DNA of 64,000 bases from Verrucomicrobiota bacterium (GTDB lineage: Bacteria; Verrucomicrobiota; Verrucomicrobiia; Opitutales; Coraliomargaritaceae): NCBI GenBank assembly GCA_039815375.1, contig JBCBZJ010000011.1, positions 38,192 through 102,191 on the forward strand, in the 5' to 3' direction. A program made the translations under genes and the position numbers. Shown here piece by piece: positions 47,250 to 59,573 of this stretch. The stretch's first letter is position 1. Every line of letters begins with the position of its first letter. The notes under the pieces were generated by a model, which was given only the letters and a program-made list of their open reading frames with translations, searched no databases and was not told the origin of the DNA.

Positions 47250-48944
47250 CTATTGCGTGCAATTTTCAGATGCCGCAACTGGAGACTGAACAAGCAGTTC
47301 CTTAGCATGCGCTCGCGCTGAAGCAGAATTACGATCGCCCAACATACGGGCAAGCTCGCCAAGTCGCAGTTCACGGTCCTCATGAATCGAACCGATCTCA
47401 ACAGTTGTCGAGTCATCATCCTGCGATTTTGTCACCAAAAAGTGATTATGGGCCAGCGAGGCAACCTGCGGCAGGTGCGTCACACAAAGGACTTGGTGCT
47501 TACCTGAAAGCCGGGCTAGCTCAGCGCCAACGGCTCGCCCGACCTCGCCGCCAACATTAGCATCCACTTCATCAAAAACCAGTAGCGGCGTAGCATCTGC
47601 CTCGGCCAAAACAGTCTTTAGAGCGAGCATCACCCGCGCAGTTTCACCACTGGAGGCAATCTTATTGAGCGGCAGCAACTCCTGCCCCGTATTTGGAGCA
47701 AAGACAAATCGGCAGTGACTATCACCGCGCTCATGCAACTTGCTATCCATCAAAACCTCAATATCGAGCTTTGCCTTCTTAAATCCAAGTGCCTGAAGCA
47801 AATCAGCTGTCTTATCGGCAAGAGCCTGTGCAGCCTTCTGGCGCGCCTTAGTCAGTTTTGCAGCTGCCTCGCACAGATTCCCCTCCATCTGAGCAGCTGC
47901 ACTACGTTTTTTAGCCAAAACCCCTTCCAAATCTCCCTGAATGGCAATCTTCTGAGCAAGTTCTTCACGCTTAGCCAAGACAGACTCTATACTACCGCCA
48001 AACTTCCGACGCACCTCTTGCCAAAGATTTATCCGCTCGGATACAGTTTCAATCTCGCTGGGATCAAAATCTAGTTCACCAGCCATGTATTCCATTTCGG
48101 AGCCTAAATCTTGCAACTCGATCTGAAGGCTACGAATGCGCTCCAAAAGAGGCTCAGCACCCGGATCCAGCTCTGCGAGGGCTTCCATCCGTCCAACCAC
48201 GGCCATCAGCTCATCACTCACGCCCTCCTCACCAACCAGACCACAGGCACATTCTGAAGCGATGCCAACTAGTTCCTGGGCACTTGACATCCGGGTGAAG
48301 TCACGCTCCAGCGCTTCGATTGACTCTTTACTCACCTCGACCGCATCGATCTTTGCGATCTGTTTCCGTACAAAGTCGAGTTCATCGTCATCCAAACGAT
48401 CGCTACCTTCGAGTGTATCAATTTCTTTCAATGCATCCTGCCATACGCGATGTGCTGCACCGTATACCTCGACTTGGCTTAAGTTGCCGGCGTAGGCATC
48501 CAGCATTTCGAGCTGACGTTTCTCCTGAAAGAGCTTTTGCGGCTCACCCGGACCATGAAAATCGATCCAGGATTCTCCCAATGACTGCAACTGAGCCAAA
48601 GTCGCCATCGAGCCATTGATCTGCAAACGAGGGATTTTTGAGCGGTGAATGCTACGCTGCAGCAACAATACCCCACCCTCGCAAAGGGGCAAACCGGCTG
48701 CATCCAGAAGCGCATTAATCGTATCAGGTGCCGCAAAATACAGTGCAGCTTCAAGCTCGAGTTGGTCTTCTCCCTGTCGCACCAGTGCCTTGTCTGCCCT
48801 CGCACCCGCAAGCAAACTCAACGCACCAAGGAGAACGCTTTTCCCTGCCCCGGTTTCGCCTGTAACTGCTGTAAAACCGGAATCGAACTCAAGCCGAACT
48901 TCATCGAGCAGTGCCAGATTCTTGATACGGATGTATTGAAGCAT
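47250..48944 (-). CDS. recN: DNA repair protein RecN
   Basis: IKNLAL, TGETGAGKS, ASSGETARVMLA, VFDEVDANVGG, VTHLPQVA, ELARMLG. Confidence 0.96.
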   Translation of the reverse strand: MLQYIRIKNLALLDEVRLEFDSGFTAVTGETGAGKSVLLGALSLLAGARADKALVRQGEDQLELEAALYFAAPDTINALLDAAGLPLCEGGVLLLQRSIHRSKIPRLQINGSMATLAQLQSLGESWIDFHGPGEPQKLFQEKRQLEMLDAYAGNLSQVEVYGAAHRVWQDALKEIDTLEGSDRLDDDELDFVRKQIAKIDAVEVSKESIEALERDFTRMSSAQELVGIASECACGLVGEEGVSDELMAVVGRMEALAELDPGAEPLLERIRSLQIELQDLGSEMEYMAGELDFDPSEIETVSERINLWQEVRRKFGGSIESVLAKREELAQKIAIQGDLEGVLAKKRSAAAQMEGNLCEAAAKLTKARQKAAQALADKTADLLQALGFKKAKLDIEVLMDSKLHERGDSHCRFVFAPNTGQELLPLNKIASSGETARVMLALKTVLAEADATPLLVFDEVDANVGGEVGRAVGAELARLSGKHQVLCVTHLPQVASLAHNHFLVTKSQDDDSTTVEIGSIHEDRELRLGELARMLGDRNSASARAHAKELLVQSPVAASENCTQ

Positions 48945-48953
48945 TGAATGCAA

Positions 48954-49514
48954 TTATGGTGTAATGGTCGGCGAGAGGCCGAAGAAAAGCTGAGCGATCA
49001 AAGTCAGAGGAAAAACAGTGACCAAAAAAGTCAGCACAAAACAAAGGAAGGTCTTAATGAATGAGATGCCAAGACTCGCAGACAAACTCAGAAGCAAAAC
49101 CACAAAACCATAAACCAGAACTATAAAAAAGAGCGGAAAGGTCTGTCGGGCATCGCCACCCACCGAAGCCAGAAAGAAAAACAAAAAACCGAAAGAGACC
49201 GTCCAGGGCAACAGCCCCCAACCAAAGGACATGCGCACATCAGCAAGGGCCGCCTCTGAGCCGAACCAACGCCCAAAGTTACGCAGCAACCAACCAAACA
49301 AATACAAAACCAACACCCCCGTAAACAAACCACCAAACAAAGGGATAAGCCCACCGCCAGCACTGAAAGAAGGCAGAGCCTGCACCATTCCAAACAAACC
49401 GGCGACCACGACTGCTGTAGTCTGACCACCGCCAGAGGTAATTAGACCTTGCAAGGTCTGGCTCGGCTTATACCAGAGCGTGAGCATAGGAGTTGGACTA
49501 ATCGGCTGCGTCAT
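48954..49514 (-). CDS. Small multi-pass membrane protein (Yip1-like)
   Basis: LWYKPSQT N-terminal motif, about 5 hydrophobic segments, GRWFG and WGLLPW. Confidence 0.6.
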   Translation of the reverse strand: MTQPISPTPMLTLWYKPSQTLQGLITSGGGQTTAVVVAGLFGMVQALPSFSAGGGLIPLFGGLFTGVLVLYLFGWLLRNFGRWFGSEAALADVRMSFGWGLLPWTVSFGFLFFFLASVGGDARQTFPLFFIVLVYGFVVLLLSLSASLGISFIKTFLCFVLTFLVTVFPLTLIAQLFFGLSPTITP

Positions 49515-49532
49515 TTCTATGTAGTCAGGCAA

Positions 49533-49548
49533 AACGCTCTAGAGCGTT
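49533..49548. promoter_or_regulatory. 16-bp perfect palindrome between divergent genes
   Basis: AACGCTCTAGAGCGTT between the Yip1-like and ABC-F starts. Confidence 0.4.
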
Positions 49549-49575
49549 CTAGCAAGTCTCTGTCCTCAGAATTCA

Positions 49576-51516
49576 ATGCTCACCTTTTCACAGATTAGCA
49601 AAGGCTATGGCCCTAAGACGCTGTTTTCAAACGTCTCATTCCGTCTCCTCAGAGGTGAGCGCGTCGGACTCGTCGGCCCAAACGGTGCCGGCAAGACGAC
49701 ACTTTTCTCAATTGCGCTCGGTCAAACTGAATCCGACAGCGGCGAAGTCGAACTCGAGCGAGGCACACGCATCGGATTCCTTCCTCAAGAGAGTGCACCA
49801 GCGGGAGAAGAAACCGTAACCGAGCTCGCCACTTCAATCACGCCAGAATTCGAAGAGATCTACAGGACGTTCCAAAGCCATCCAGACCCCGATTCGCCCA
49901 AGCGACTCGCAGCAATCGAACGCTTTGTCGAGCTGGATGGCTACACCCTCGAAGCCAAGGCGAAGCGCATCCTCGCTGGCCTCGCCTTTCGCCCGGAGGA
50001 CTACGACGTCCCCGCCCATACGCTGAGTGGAGGCTGGATCATGCGTGCCCACCTGGCTCGCCTTCTTGTCATGGAGCCTGACCTACTTATGCTGGACGAG
50101 CCCACGAATCATCTAGATCTGGAGACTCTGGGCTGGTTTCAGAATCAGCTTAAAAACTATTCCGGTGCGATTCTTACCATTTCTCACGACCGTGAATTTC
50201 TTAACGCAATCTGTGATGGAGTTGCCGAAATCGCTCATGGTAAACTCCACCGCTACACCGGCAACTACGATCACTATCTAAAGGAAAAAGCCGAACGTGA
50301 GGCGCAGCATCTTGCCGCTTATCGCAACCAGCAACGCGAAATTGCCCACCTTGAAGACTTCGTGCGCCGCTTTCGTGCAAAAGCCACCAAAGCCAGCCAA
50401 GCCCAGGCACGTCTCAAACAACTCGAAAAAATGGAACGTATCGAAGCACCCGAAAGTGCGGCTGATACCATTCACTTCTCGTTTCCACAGCCAGATCGCA
50501 GCGGCCAGCGTGTCGCCACGCTTGAAAACGTCGATCAGGCCTACGGTGACCATCAAGTCTACTCGAGTCTCAATCTGAAAGTCGAAAAGGGGCAGCGCAT
50601 CGTCCTCGTCGGCCCAAATGGTGCAGGGAAATCCACTCTTCTGAAAATTCTTGCTGAGCTGGTTCCCATTCAAGCCGGCTCCCAGGAACTTGGGCTCAAC
50701 GTCAGTGTCGGCTACTTCTCACAACAACGCGTCGAAGTGCTCGACCTCGAACGAACTGTTCTCGATGAAGCAATGCAACGCGTCGAAACGAACATGAGCG
50801 AAACCGACATTCGGAGCATCCTCGGGGCATTTCTCTTCCGAGGAGACGATGTCTTTAAAAAAGTCAAAGTTCTCAGCGGTGGCGAAAAAAGTCGCCTGGC
50901 ACTTGTGAAACTACTCTTGGCTCCACCGAACTTCCTCTTACTCGACGAGCCGACCACTCACTTGGATATGCCAAGTATCGACGCATTAATTCAAGCGCTC
51001 AAAGATTACGCAGGCACGGTCATCTTCGTCAGCCACGATGTGCATTTCATTCGTGCAATCGCACAGGAAACGATCCAGATCCAAGCAGGCAGGATTGCGC
51101 ATTATGCGGGCGACTATGACTACTATCTGCGCAAATCAGGGGCAGCCTCTGAACAAGGTGGGCTCATCGCCGGGCTTAAGAATGCTAGACCCGATGGCGA
51201 CCAAAACAGCGAAGGCACGCGTCAGGCTGTAAGCGCAAAGGAACGACGACGCCTGGCAGCACAGGAACGCAAGGCTGCATCAGCAGTTCGTAAGGCGATA
51301 GAACAGCGCGTCCAAAAGTTGGAACGGGAAATCCTCGAGCTCGAAGAGCGGCAAACCGAGCTTTCTAAGCAACTTGAAGATCCAGTCACCTACACAGACC
51401 CGGAAGCTGCAAAAGAACTAAACATCAAAGCAGCTCGCGTCTCCAAATACCTCGAAGAGAAAAACTATGAGTGGGAAATCGCAGCTGACGAACTCAGCAA
51501 AGCAAACACAGGCTGA
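49576..51516 (+). CDS. ABC-F family ATPase (YheS/Uup-like)
   Basis: Two NBDs (GPNGAGKT/S, LSGGW/LSGGE, LDEPT), linker QAQARLKQLEK, no TM segments, coiled-coil C-terminus. Confidence 0.95.
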   Translation: MLTFSQISKGYGPKTLFSNVSFRLLRGERVGLVGPNGAGKTTLFSIALGQTESDSGEVELERGTRIGFLPQESAPAGEETVTELATSITPEFEEIYRTFQSHPDPDSPKRLAAIERFVELDGYTLEAKAKRILAGLAFRPEDYDVPAHTLSGGWIMRAHLARLLVMEPDLLMLDEPTNHLDLETLGWFQNQLKNYSGAILTISHDREFLNAICDGVAEIAHGKLHRYTGNYDHYLKEKAEREAQHLAAYRNQQREIAHLEDFVRRFRAKATKASQAQARLKQLEKMERIEAPESAADTIHFSFPQPDRSGQRVATLENVDQAYGDHQVYSSLNLKVEKGQRIVLVGPNGAGKSTLLKILAELVPIQAGSQELGLNVSVGYFSQQRVEVLDLERTVLDEAMQRVETNMSETDIRSILGAFLFRGDDVFKKVKVLSGGEKSRLALVKLLLAPPNFLLLDEPTTHLDMPSIDALIQALKDYAGTVIFVSHDVHFIRAIAQETIQIQAGRIAHYAGDYDYYLRKSGAASEQGGLIAGLKNARPDGDQNSEGTRQAVSAKERRRLAAQERKAASAVRKAIEQRVQKLEREILELEERQTELSKQLEDPVTYTDPEAAKELNIKAARVSKYLEEKNYEWEIAADELSKANTG

Positions 51517-51533
51517 AAACAACGCAGTTCTTC

Positions 51534-52862
51534 CTAAGCCTGTGGATCGAAGATCCGAAAACTAACAGCGCTTCCAATTACAGCGTTTTCATTGAGCAGG
51601 GCCGCCTTCACCTCGAGAACCGCTGCTTCAGAAGTAACATGCGTCGTGACCATGATTTTTGCCGTTCCATCGCTCATCTCACTCTGATTCACGGTCGCAA
51701 AGCTGATATGATGCTTCGCCATGATATCGGAGACTTTGGCGAGCACACCCTCCTGGTCCTTCACATGGATTCGAAAATAGTATCGTCCCTCAAGAGAGAC
51801 TTTATCAGCCAACTCAAGTCCATCTGCGATCTCTTTGTGAACCTCTTCGTCCTCCTCCAAAATTACCGGAGTCCGCGCTCCGTCGATCATGTAGACCGCA
51901 TCTACAATATCACTAATCACCGAGCTTGATGTCGCATCCTGACCAGCTCCACGGCCAATCAAAACTGTCGTTCCGACAACATCTCCGGTCACACTTACAC
52001 CATTATAGACTTCATCCACGCCAGCAATGACCTCTTCTTTTGAGATCAATGCAGGATGTAACCGCACGGAAAGGTGATTCTTTTCGAAATCGCGAGCGAT
52101 GACCGCAAGTAACTTGATTTTATACCCAAGCTGCGCAGCGATCTGAATGTCCTCACTCGTAATCTCTCGAATGCCCTCGCAGATAATATCTTCTAGATTA
52201 ACCCATTTGCCATGGGCCAGAAATGCGAGGATGACAGCCTTGTGCGCGGCATCTACACCATCTAAATCCAAGGATTCGTCCGCTTCGACATAACCAAGAC
52301 GACGCGCATCACCCAGAGTCTCCTCGAAGCTGATTCCCTCGCGCTCCATCCTCGTAAGAATGTAATTTGAAGTGCCGTTCAGTATGCCGAAGATCAAACT
52401 AAAGCGGTTGGCGACCAGCGCCTCTCGAATCGTCTTGATAATCGGTATACCCCCGGCAACAGAAGCTTCAAAGAAATAGTGTGCACCGTTCTCCCGTGCT
52501 ACACGGAAGAGCTCTTCCCCATGCTCGCAGATCAGAGCCTTGTTCGCCGTTACGACAGACTTACCCTTTTCCAAAGCACGGCGAGTCAGATCAAGCGCCT
52601 CGTCAGTCCCACCCATGAGTTCGCATACGATATCGATATCAGGATCTTCGATAATCGTAGAAGGTTCAGTGGAATAGCGTTCGGAGGGGATATCGACATC
52701 ACGCTTCTTCGCTGCGTTTTTAACGACAACCCGAGAAATGTCGAGTTGAGCACCAAGACGAAATTCCAGTGCTTGGCGGTTGTTCTCGATATTTTTCCAA
52801 ACCCCTTGGCCGACAACGCCGAAACCGAGGAGTCCGATGCGGATAATGCGTTTCTCGGACAT
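51534..52862 (-). CDS. hom: Homoserine dehydrogenase with C-terminal ACT domain
   Basis: GLLGFGVVG, VVTANK, FEASVAGGIP, ILNGTSNYIL, GYVEAD, GRGAG; DQEGVLAKV ACT domain. Confidence 0.96.
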   Translation of the reverse strand: MSEKRIIRIGLLGFGVVGQGVWKNIENNRQALEFRLGAQLDISRVVVKNAAKKRDVDIPSERYSTEPSTIIEDPDIDIVCELMGGTDEALDLTRRALEKGKSVVTANKALICEHGEELFRVARENGAHYFFEASVAGGIPIIKTIREALVANRFSLIFGILNGTSNYILTRMEREGISFEETLGDARRLGYVEADESLDLDGVDAAHKAVILAFLAHGKWVNLEDIICEGIREITSEDIQIAAQLGYKIKLLAVIARDFEKNHLSVRLHPALISKEEVIAGVDEVYNGVSVTGDVVGTTVLIGRGAGQDATSSSVISDIVDAVYMIDGARTPVILEEDEEVHKEIADGLELADKVSLEGRYYFRIHVKDQEGVLAKVSDIMAKHHISFATVNQSEMSDGTAKIMVTTHVTSEAAVLEVKAALLNENAVIGSAVSFRIFDPQA

Positions 52863-52993
52863 GCTTTAGTGTAAAAAGTAAAAATACAAATGGAAGGTAG
52901 ACCACGAATGGGCCCTCCAGAAACAAAAAAGATCTAGCCAATATCAGGGGTCCCAGGTTTCAAGAATAGAGTTCAGAATCTATCTTCCGCACC

Positions 52994-53938
52994 CTACTCT
53001 TCAAATTCTCTAAGACTGCTAACCGTAACGCGTTTTTCCTCTTCACCCAGGAAGTAATAGGCGGAAATTAGCCCATACTCGATACGCACAAGCTGAGAGC
53101 CTCCCTGAGCCTCAATCACGAAACTACCGTCCTCATTAATCATTGCTGAACCAAGGCTATTCTTCGAAACGTCTGCAATCATGGTGTGCGTATACTGCGC
53201 ACTATAACCGAGCCAGTCTTTGGGACCTTCTAACTGCGAAAGGTAATCGTTTTTCGCTTCGATACGCTCATTGGCAAGATTGAGATAAGACTCGAGATGC
53301 TTCACGACTTCCCGAATCCACATCAGGTCGACATCAGCCTGATGTGAAGCAAAGGGATCGGCTCCAAGCACAATAGGCTCCAATGACCTGCCATCTGTGG
53401 TCAGCTTTTCGTTAATAAAATCAATGCCTTTCTTAATATTAGTCCAATCAATCGCCTTGAACAAACGCGCATAATCTTTGTGCATCTGCGCGCTACTGTT
53501 GAACCTCCGCAGGCGATCATCGTCGACTTTCACATCCTTGATCTTTACATCAATCGAGATCGGTGCCGGATACTCGGAGTTAAGCGACTGGAGCTTCGTC
53601 ACAAACTTCGCAGAATCCTCCAAACTGACATCCTTAGGCCCCGCAGCTGGATACAAGGACTCAGGATCCACGCCCGTTATATGAATCTCCAGCAACTCAC
53701 GTTGTCTCTCAAAACGTGCCAGCGCTTCAGCGGGGAGCTCTGAAACAAAAATAATCTCTCGCCCTGTGATACCATTATCCGGAACGCCTTCAAATTTAAC
53801 TATTCCGGAGGTTTTCTTCACCACCTCAGGCTGCTCAGGAACCTGCGGTGGTCCAGCTTCAGGTGTTTTTTCGGAACAAGCCGTAAAAGCAAGAAGTCCG
53901 GCAATTAGCAACAAGACAAATGAACAATGCGTTACCAT
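52994..53938 (-). CDS. Hypothetical lipoprotein
   Basis: 314-aa ORF with lipobox-like LLAFTAC followed by a Pro/Glu-rich linker; no recognisable family. Confidence 0.6.
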   Translation of the reverse strand: MVTHCSFVLLLIAGLLAFTACSEKTPEAGPPQVPEQPEVVKKTSGIVKFEGVPDNGITGREIIFVSELPAEALARFERQRELLEIHITGVDPESLYPAAGPKDVSLEDSAKFVTKLQSLNSEYPAPISIDVKIKDVKVDDDRLRRFNSSAQMHKDYARLFKAIDWTNIKKGIDFINEKLTTDGRSLEPIVLGADPFASHQADVDLMWIREVVKHLESYLNLANERIEAKNDYLSQLEGPKDWLGYSAQYTHTMIADVSKNSLGSAMINEDGSFVIEAQGGSQLVRIEYGLISAYYFLGEEEKRVTVSSLREFEE

Positions 53939-53991
53939 TAAGACTCAAGTAAAAGCCATCAAACACACATTGGTCAACTCCATCGAGCCGA

Positions 53992-54591
53992 CTACTTCCG
54001 GAAACTGTGCTCTTTTCCGGTCAACAAACGATTGATATTAGACCGGTGACGCACTACGATTAGCATAGCTAAAAGAAGTGCCAGCGTAAAGCGAGGATCT
54101 CCTGCACCGTGAAGGAAATTTCCGCTGATCGGTAAGCTAAGAGCAAAAAGAATCGAAGCCAGTGCGACGACTCGCGTGGTGGCAAAACAAAGTAACCAAA
54201 CCAAAAGCCCGATCAGCAACACCAGCGGCATGATGGCGAGCAAGCCACCCATCGTGGTGGCAACACCTTTACCGCCCCGGAATTTTAGAAATACTGAAAA
54301 GCTATGTCCCAGAATTGCCGCAACGAGCCCGATAATACCTAGCTTAAGCCCATGTTCACCGAGGAGGAGCAAAGGCCACCCGGCTGCGACCAGTCCCTTC
54401 AATGCGTCCAGAGCAAAGACCGCATTGCCCCACTTGGCACCAAGTGTCCGCTTCACATTGGTTGCTCCGGGATTGCCGCTACCCTCCGAGAAGATATCCA
54501 CAGCTTGGCTCTTTGCAACAATCACTGCGAAGCTGATCGAACCGAGCAAGTAACCGACGATGGAAACGGTGATGATTGAAACGGGAGACAT
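53992..54591 (-). CDS. plsY: Glycerol-3-phosphate acyltransferase PlsY
   Basis: YLLGSI, GSGNPGATNV, DALKG, GHSFSVFLKFRGGKGVAT, RHRSNINRL. Confidence 0.96.
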   Translation of the reverse strand: MSPVSIITVSIVGYLLGSISFAVIVAKSQAVDIFSEGSGNPGATNVKRTLGAKWGNAVFALDALKGLVAAGWPLLLLGEHGLKLGIIGLVAAILGHSFSVFLKFRGGKGVATTMGGLLAIMPLVLLIGLLVWLLCFATTRVVALASILFALSLPISGNFLHGAGDPRFTLALLLAMLIVVRHRSNINRLLTGKEHSFRK

Positions 54592-54672
54592 GAACCATTC
54601 GCAGTGTTCACCAGGGGCACTCAGAGATCAAAGACGAATTCTTCACGCTCTTTGTGCCCTTCCTAATGAAAA

Positions 54673-56259
<1,587 letters not shown>

Positions 56260-56260
56260 A

Positions 56261-56300
56261 GAAAAGCGCGCGATTAAATTTCCCCGTAAATGAATTGCAA
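56261..56300 (-). promoter_or_regulatory. Putative sigma70 promoter of serA
   Basis: TTGCAA-N16-TTTAAT-N5-GCTTTTC-T-ATG on the minus strand. Confidence 0.5.
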
Positions 56301-56376
56301 CGAAAACCTCCCGCACACCGTAACAGTTTAGAAAAATGTATCGCCCCGCACTCGGGCCATCGGGTAGAAATCTAGA

Positions 56377-57258
56377 ATGCGCAGTATGACAGGTTATGGA
56401 TCCGGTAGCATGGAATCCCCCACACATCAGCTAAAGCTTCAAATTGAGATCACATCGGTCAACCGCAAGACTCTCGATTTAAACCTGTCTGCTCCTAAAG
56501 AGTGGAGTGGTATCGAGCAAAAATGTGCTCAGTGGATCAAAGGCAACTTTGAGCGAGGTCGGCTTCAAGTGCAAATCAAGGCGCTCCCTCTTGCCTCGGA
56601 CAAAAGTGGCCTGGGATGGAACGAAAGCATGATGGAGCAAACCCTCGACAAACTGAAGGGCTTTGCTGATAAACACGATCTGCCGCTGGAGGCAGATGGT
56701 CGACTCCTTCTTGAGCTAGCACGCAGCTTAAAGGACGAATCCGGCCTCCCTGACTGGCGAGAGCTCACAGAAACAATTGAGACGGCCTTCAACACGGCCC
56801 TGATTGATCTCAATGCGATGCGTGCGAAAGAAGGTGCTGCACTGCAAACAGATCTGAGTGACCGAATCGTCGCCCTGGAATCTCTCCGCAAAGACATTGC
56901 AGGTCACACCCAAGGGGCTACAGCTCAATATCGAGACAGCCTACTCGAACGACTTAAGCAACTCGACATAGAGCTCGACATTTCTGACGAGCGTTTACTC
57001 AAGGAGGTAGCGGTCTTTGCAGATCGTTGCGATATCTCCGAAGAAATCACACGCCTCGGTAGCCATTTCGAACAGTTCAATGAGCTTCTGAATAGTAATG
57101 AATCGGTCGGTCGCAAAATGGACTTTCTCTGTCAGGAAATTCATCGTGAGTTCAATACGATCGGCAGCAAAGCCAACAACATTGAAATCACCCGCGCCGT
57201 GATCGAGGGTAAAAACGGCCTCGAGCGAATTCGCGAGCAGGTTCAAAACATCGAGTAG
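56377..57258 (+). CDS. yicC: YicC/YloC family endoribonuclease
   Basis: MRSMTGYG, SVNRK, DISEEITRL, GRKMDFLCQEIHREFNTIGSK, IREQVQNIE. Confidence 0.95.
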   Translation: MRSMTGYGSGSMESPTHQLKLQIEITSVNRKTLDLNLSAPKEWSGIEQKCAQWIKGNFERGRLQVQIKALPLASDKSGLGWNESMMEQTLDKLKGFADKHDLPLEADGRLLLELARSLKDESGLPDWRELTETIETAFNTALIDLNAMRAKEGAALQTDLSDRIVALESLRKDIAGHTQGATAQYRDSLLERLKQLDIELDISDERLLKEVAVFADRCDISEEITRLGSHFEQFNELLNSNESVGRKMDFLCQEIHREFNTIGSKANNIEITRAVIEGKNGLERIREQVQNIE

Positions 57259-57261
57259 CTG

Positions 57262-58257
57262 CTAGAGCTCACAAGCTGCATCTATCGCTGCCAGTTCCTC
57301 GGTGGAAAAATCGGCCGACTTCAAGCAGGCCAGCACGTCATCCAGTTGCTTAATCGAACTCGCACCTACCAAAGCCGACGTCACAACAGAATCGCGCAGC
57401 ACCCAGCGAATAGCCATCTGAGCGAGGCTTTGTCCTCTTTCGATAGCAATAAGATTCAGCTTGCGAACCTTCGCAATGATCTCGTTGACCCTGTCTGCAT
57501 CCAGAAAAGGACTATCGGAGCGCCCGGCACGGGAATTCTCGGGGATACCGGTAAGATAACGCCCGGTCAGCAATCCTTGCTCCAACGGCGAGAAAACAAT
57601 CATGCCCACCCCATGCTCTGAATTCTTCTTCGATAGCTCGCCTTCGATACGACGATCAAACATGCTATAGCGGGTCTGGTGAATCAGGCAAGGTGTGCCC
57701 AATTCCCGCAAGATCGACACCGCTTCATCAAAGACCTTCGGCTCGTAGTAATTGGAGATTCCAGCATAGAGAGCTTTGCCAGAACGAACCGCCGCATCAA
57801 GGGCCGCCATCGTTTCCTCAAGGGGCGTTTCCGGATCGTAACGGTGACTGTAGAAGATATCTACATAATCGAGACCCATACGCTTCAGACTTTGATCCAG
57901 ACTCGAAATGAGATATTTCCTTGATCCGCCTTCACCATAGGGTCCCGGCCACATATCGTAGCCTGCTTTCGTCGAGATAATCAGCTCATCTCTGTAGGGC
58001 ATCAGGTCTTTTTTGAGCACTTTGCCAAAATTACTTTCAGCTGACCCGGGCGGCGGACCATAGTTATTCGCCAAATCAAAGTGAGTGATGCCACGGTCAA
58101 AGGCATGAAGTAGCATCTCCCGTCCATTTTCAAAGGCATCGACATCACCAAAGTTATGCCATAACCCAAGAGTGATAGGGGAAAGTTTCAGCCCACTTGA
58201 GCCACAGTATCGGTAGTCCATATCGGCGTAGCGATCCGGATGTGCTTCATAAGCCAT
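57262..58257 (-). CDS. Aldo/keto reductase (L-glyceraldehyde 3-phosphate reductase/YghZ-like)
   Basis: [48 protein letters not shown]. Start 58257 inferred. Confidence 0.92.
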   Translation of the reverse strand: MAYEAHPDRYADMDYRYCGSSGLKLSPITLGLWHNFGDVDAFENGREMLLHAFDRGITHFDLANNYGPPPGSAESNFGKVLKKDLMPYRDELIISTKAGYDMWPGPYGEGGSRKYLISSLDQSLKRMGLDYVDIFYSHRYDPETPLEETMAALDAAVRSGKALYAGISNYYEPKVFDEAVSILRELGTPCLIHQTRYSMFDRRIEGELSKKNSEHGVGMIVFSPLEQGLLTGRYLTGIPENSRAGRSDSPFLDADRVNEIIAKVRKLNLIAIERGQSLAQMAIRWVLRDSVVTSALVGASSIKQLDDVLACLKSADFSTEELAAIDAACEL

Positions 58258-58342
58258 TTCCCAGTATTCAAAGGCAGGTAGTTTGAAGCAAGCCTCGATA
58301 AAAAGTCGTGCAAAAAGCCGCATCAGACCTAACATGAATGGT

Positions 58343-58804
58343 ATGACTTCGGAAGTGTTACACGACCCGGGCAGCTTCGAGCCTGTCATCCAATTCTCAA
58401 TACATGCGGATAACAAAGCCGGACGTCTCAACGAGATCATAGGCCTTCTCGCAGTGCATGAAGTCCATGTCATGGCAATCTCCATACTGGATACGACGGA
58501 CAGCTCGATCATACGAGTCATCGTCGACTATCCACAGGAAGCCCAAAAGCTACTCATTGAGCACCAGTTTTCCTTTGTTCAGAGCGAATTGATCGCCGTT
58601 GAAATGCTGAATGAGTCCGACCTGAAGACCGTCACCGGTGCACTCGTTCAGGCAGAGATAAATATCCACTACACCTACCCTTTCCTAATTAGGCCACAAG
58701 GACGCTACGCGCTTGCAATCAGTTTGGAAGACAATGATTTGGCCGCCGAGACCCTAAACCGTAATCAACTACGGGTAATCGGCCAAAATGACATTGCCAG
58801 ATGA
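58343..58804 (+). CDS. Tandem ACT-domain protein
   Basis: [38 protein letters not shown]. Start is 58334 or 58343. Confidence 0.8.
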   Translation: MTSEVLHDPGSFEPVIQFSIHADNKAGRLNEIIGLLAVHEVHVMAISILDTTDSSIIRVIVDYPQEAQKLLIEHQFSFVQSELIAVEMLNESDLKTVTGALVQAEINIHYTYPFLIRPQGRYALAISLEDNDLAAETLNRNQLRVIGQNDIAR

Positions 58805-58939
58805 CTGTAGCGCCCCTTTCGACCTTCAAAACTGCGCAGGGAGCATTTTTCGAATGATTAAAAAACCGATCTGCTTTAACCAATCAGCAAAAAGAATGTA
58901 AATAATTCTCTAAATTTTACCTTTGCATATAGAAGTTGG

Positions 58940-58956
58940 TTCGACCTACAGTCGAA
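58940..58956. promoter_or_regulatory. Inverted repeat just upstream of the TetR gene (candidate operator)
   Basis: TTCGAC-CTACA-GTCGAA ends 2 nt before the ATG at 58959. Confidence 0.35.
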
Positions 58957-58958
58957 AA

Positions 58959-59570
58959 ATGTCTCGGAAACGCTCCCGTGCCCAAACCGAGCAACGATTT
59001 CAGGATTCTGTCTTATCACTCGTTGCAGAATCGGGATGTGCGCAGCTGGGCGTAAACGCGGTAGCGCATAGAACCGGCTCCGATAAAGTTCTCATCTATC
59101 GCTATTTCGGCGGAATCGATGGGCTATTGAGAGCGGTTGCAACCAATCGCAATTGGCTGCCTACTGTAGATGAGCTGCTCAATAAAGTAGCAGGAGAGCC
59201 GGAAAAAGTCTTGAACGGCCTTTTCGAACTGATCGTCCATCATATTGAATCCGATCCTGCCACACATCAAATCAGTCTTTGGCGCCATGCCGTGGACAAT
59301 CCGTTGACCGACAAATATAATGCCAACTGGCAGAAGCTTTGGCGGGAGCTGCCAGATAAAATCAGTAGTCACCTTAACGACGAAAATCGACAGCTGTGGA
59401 CGGATGCCTGCAACCTCACCTCGCTTCTCATCCAGTCCGAGCTAGCTGGAGAATCGATTGATATGGATTGCCTCAAGAGCCTGACCGAAAAACTCCAGAG
59501 CAGTTTCGAAACTTCGAACTCTGAACCGATCGAGGACGTTGAAGACATCCTCCCGACCAACCTTTTATAG
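58959..59570 (+). CDS. TetR/AcrR family transcriptional regulator
   Basis: HTH region LGVNAVAHRTGSDKVLIYRYFGGIDGL. Confidence 0.85.
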   Translation: MSRKRSRAQTEQRFQDSVLSLVAESGCAQLGVNAVAHRTGSDKVLIYRYFGGIDGLLRAVATNRNWLPTVDELLNKVAGEPEKVLNGLFELIVHHIESDPATHQISLWRHAVDNPLTDKYNANWQKLWRELPDKISSHLNDENRQLWTDACNLTSLLIQSELAGESIDMDCLKSLTEKLQSSFETSNSEPIEDVEDILPTNLL

Positions 59571-59573
59571 GAA

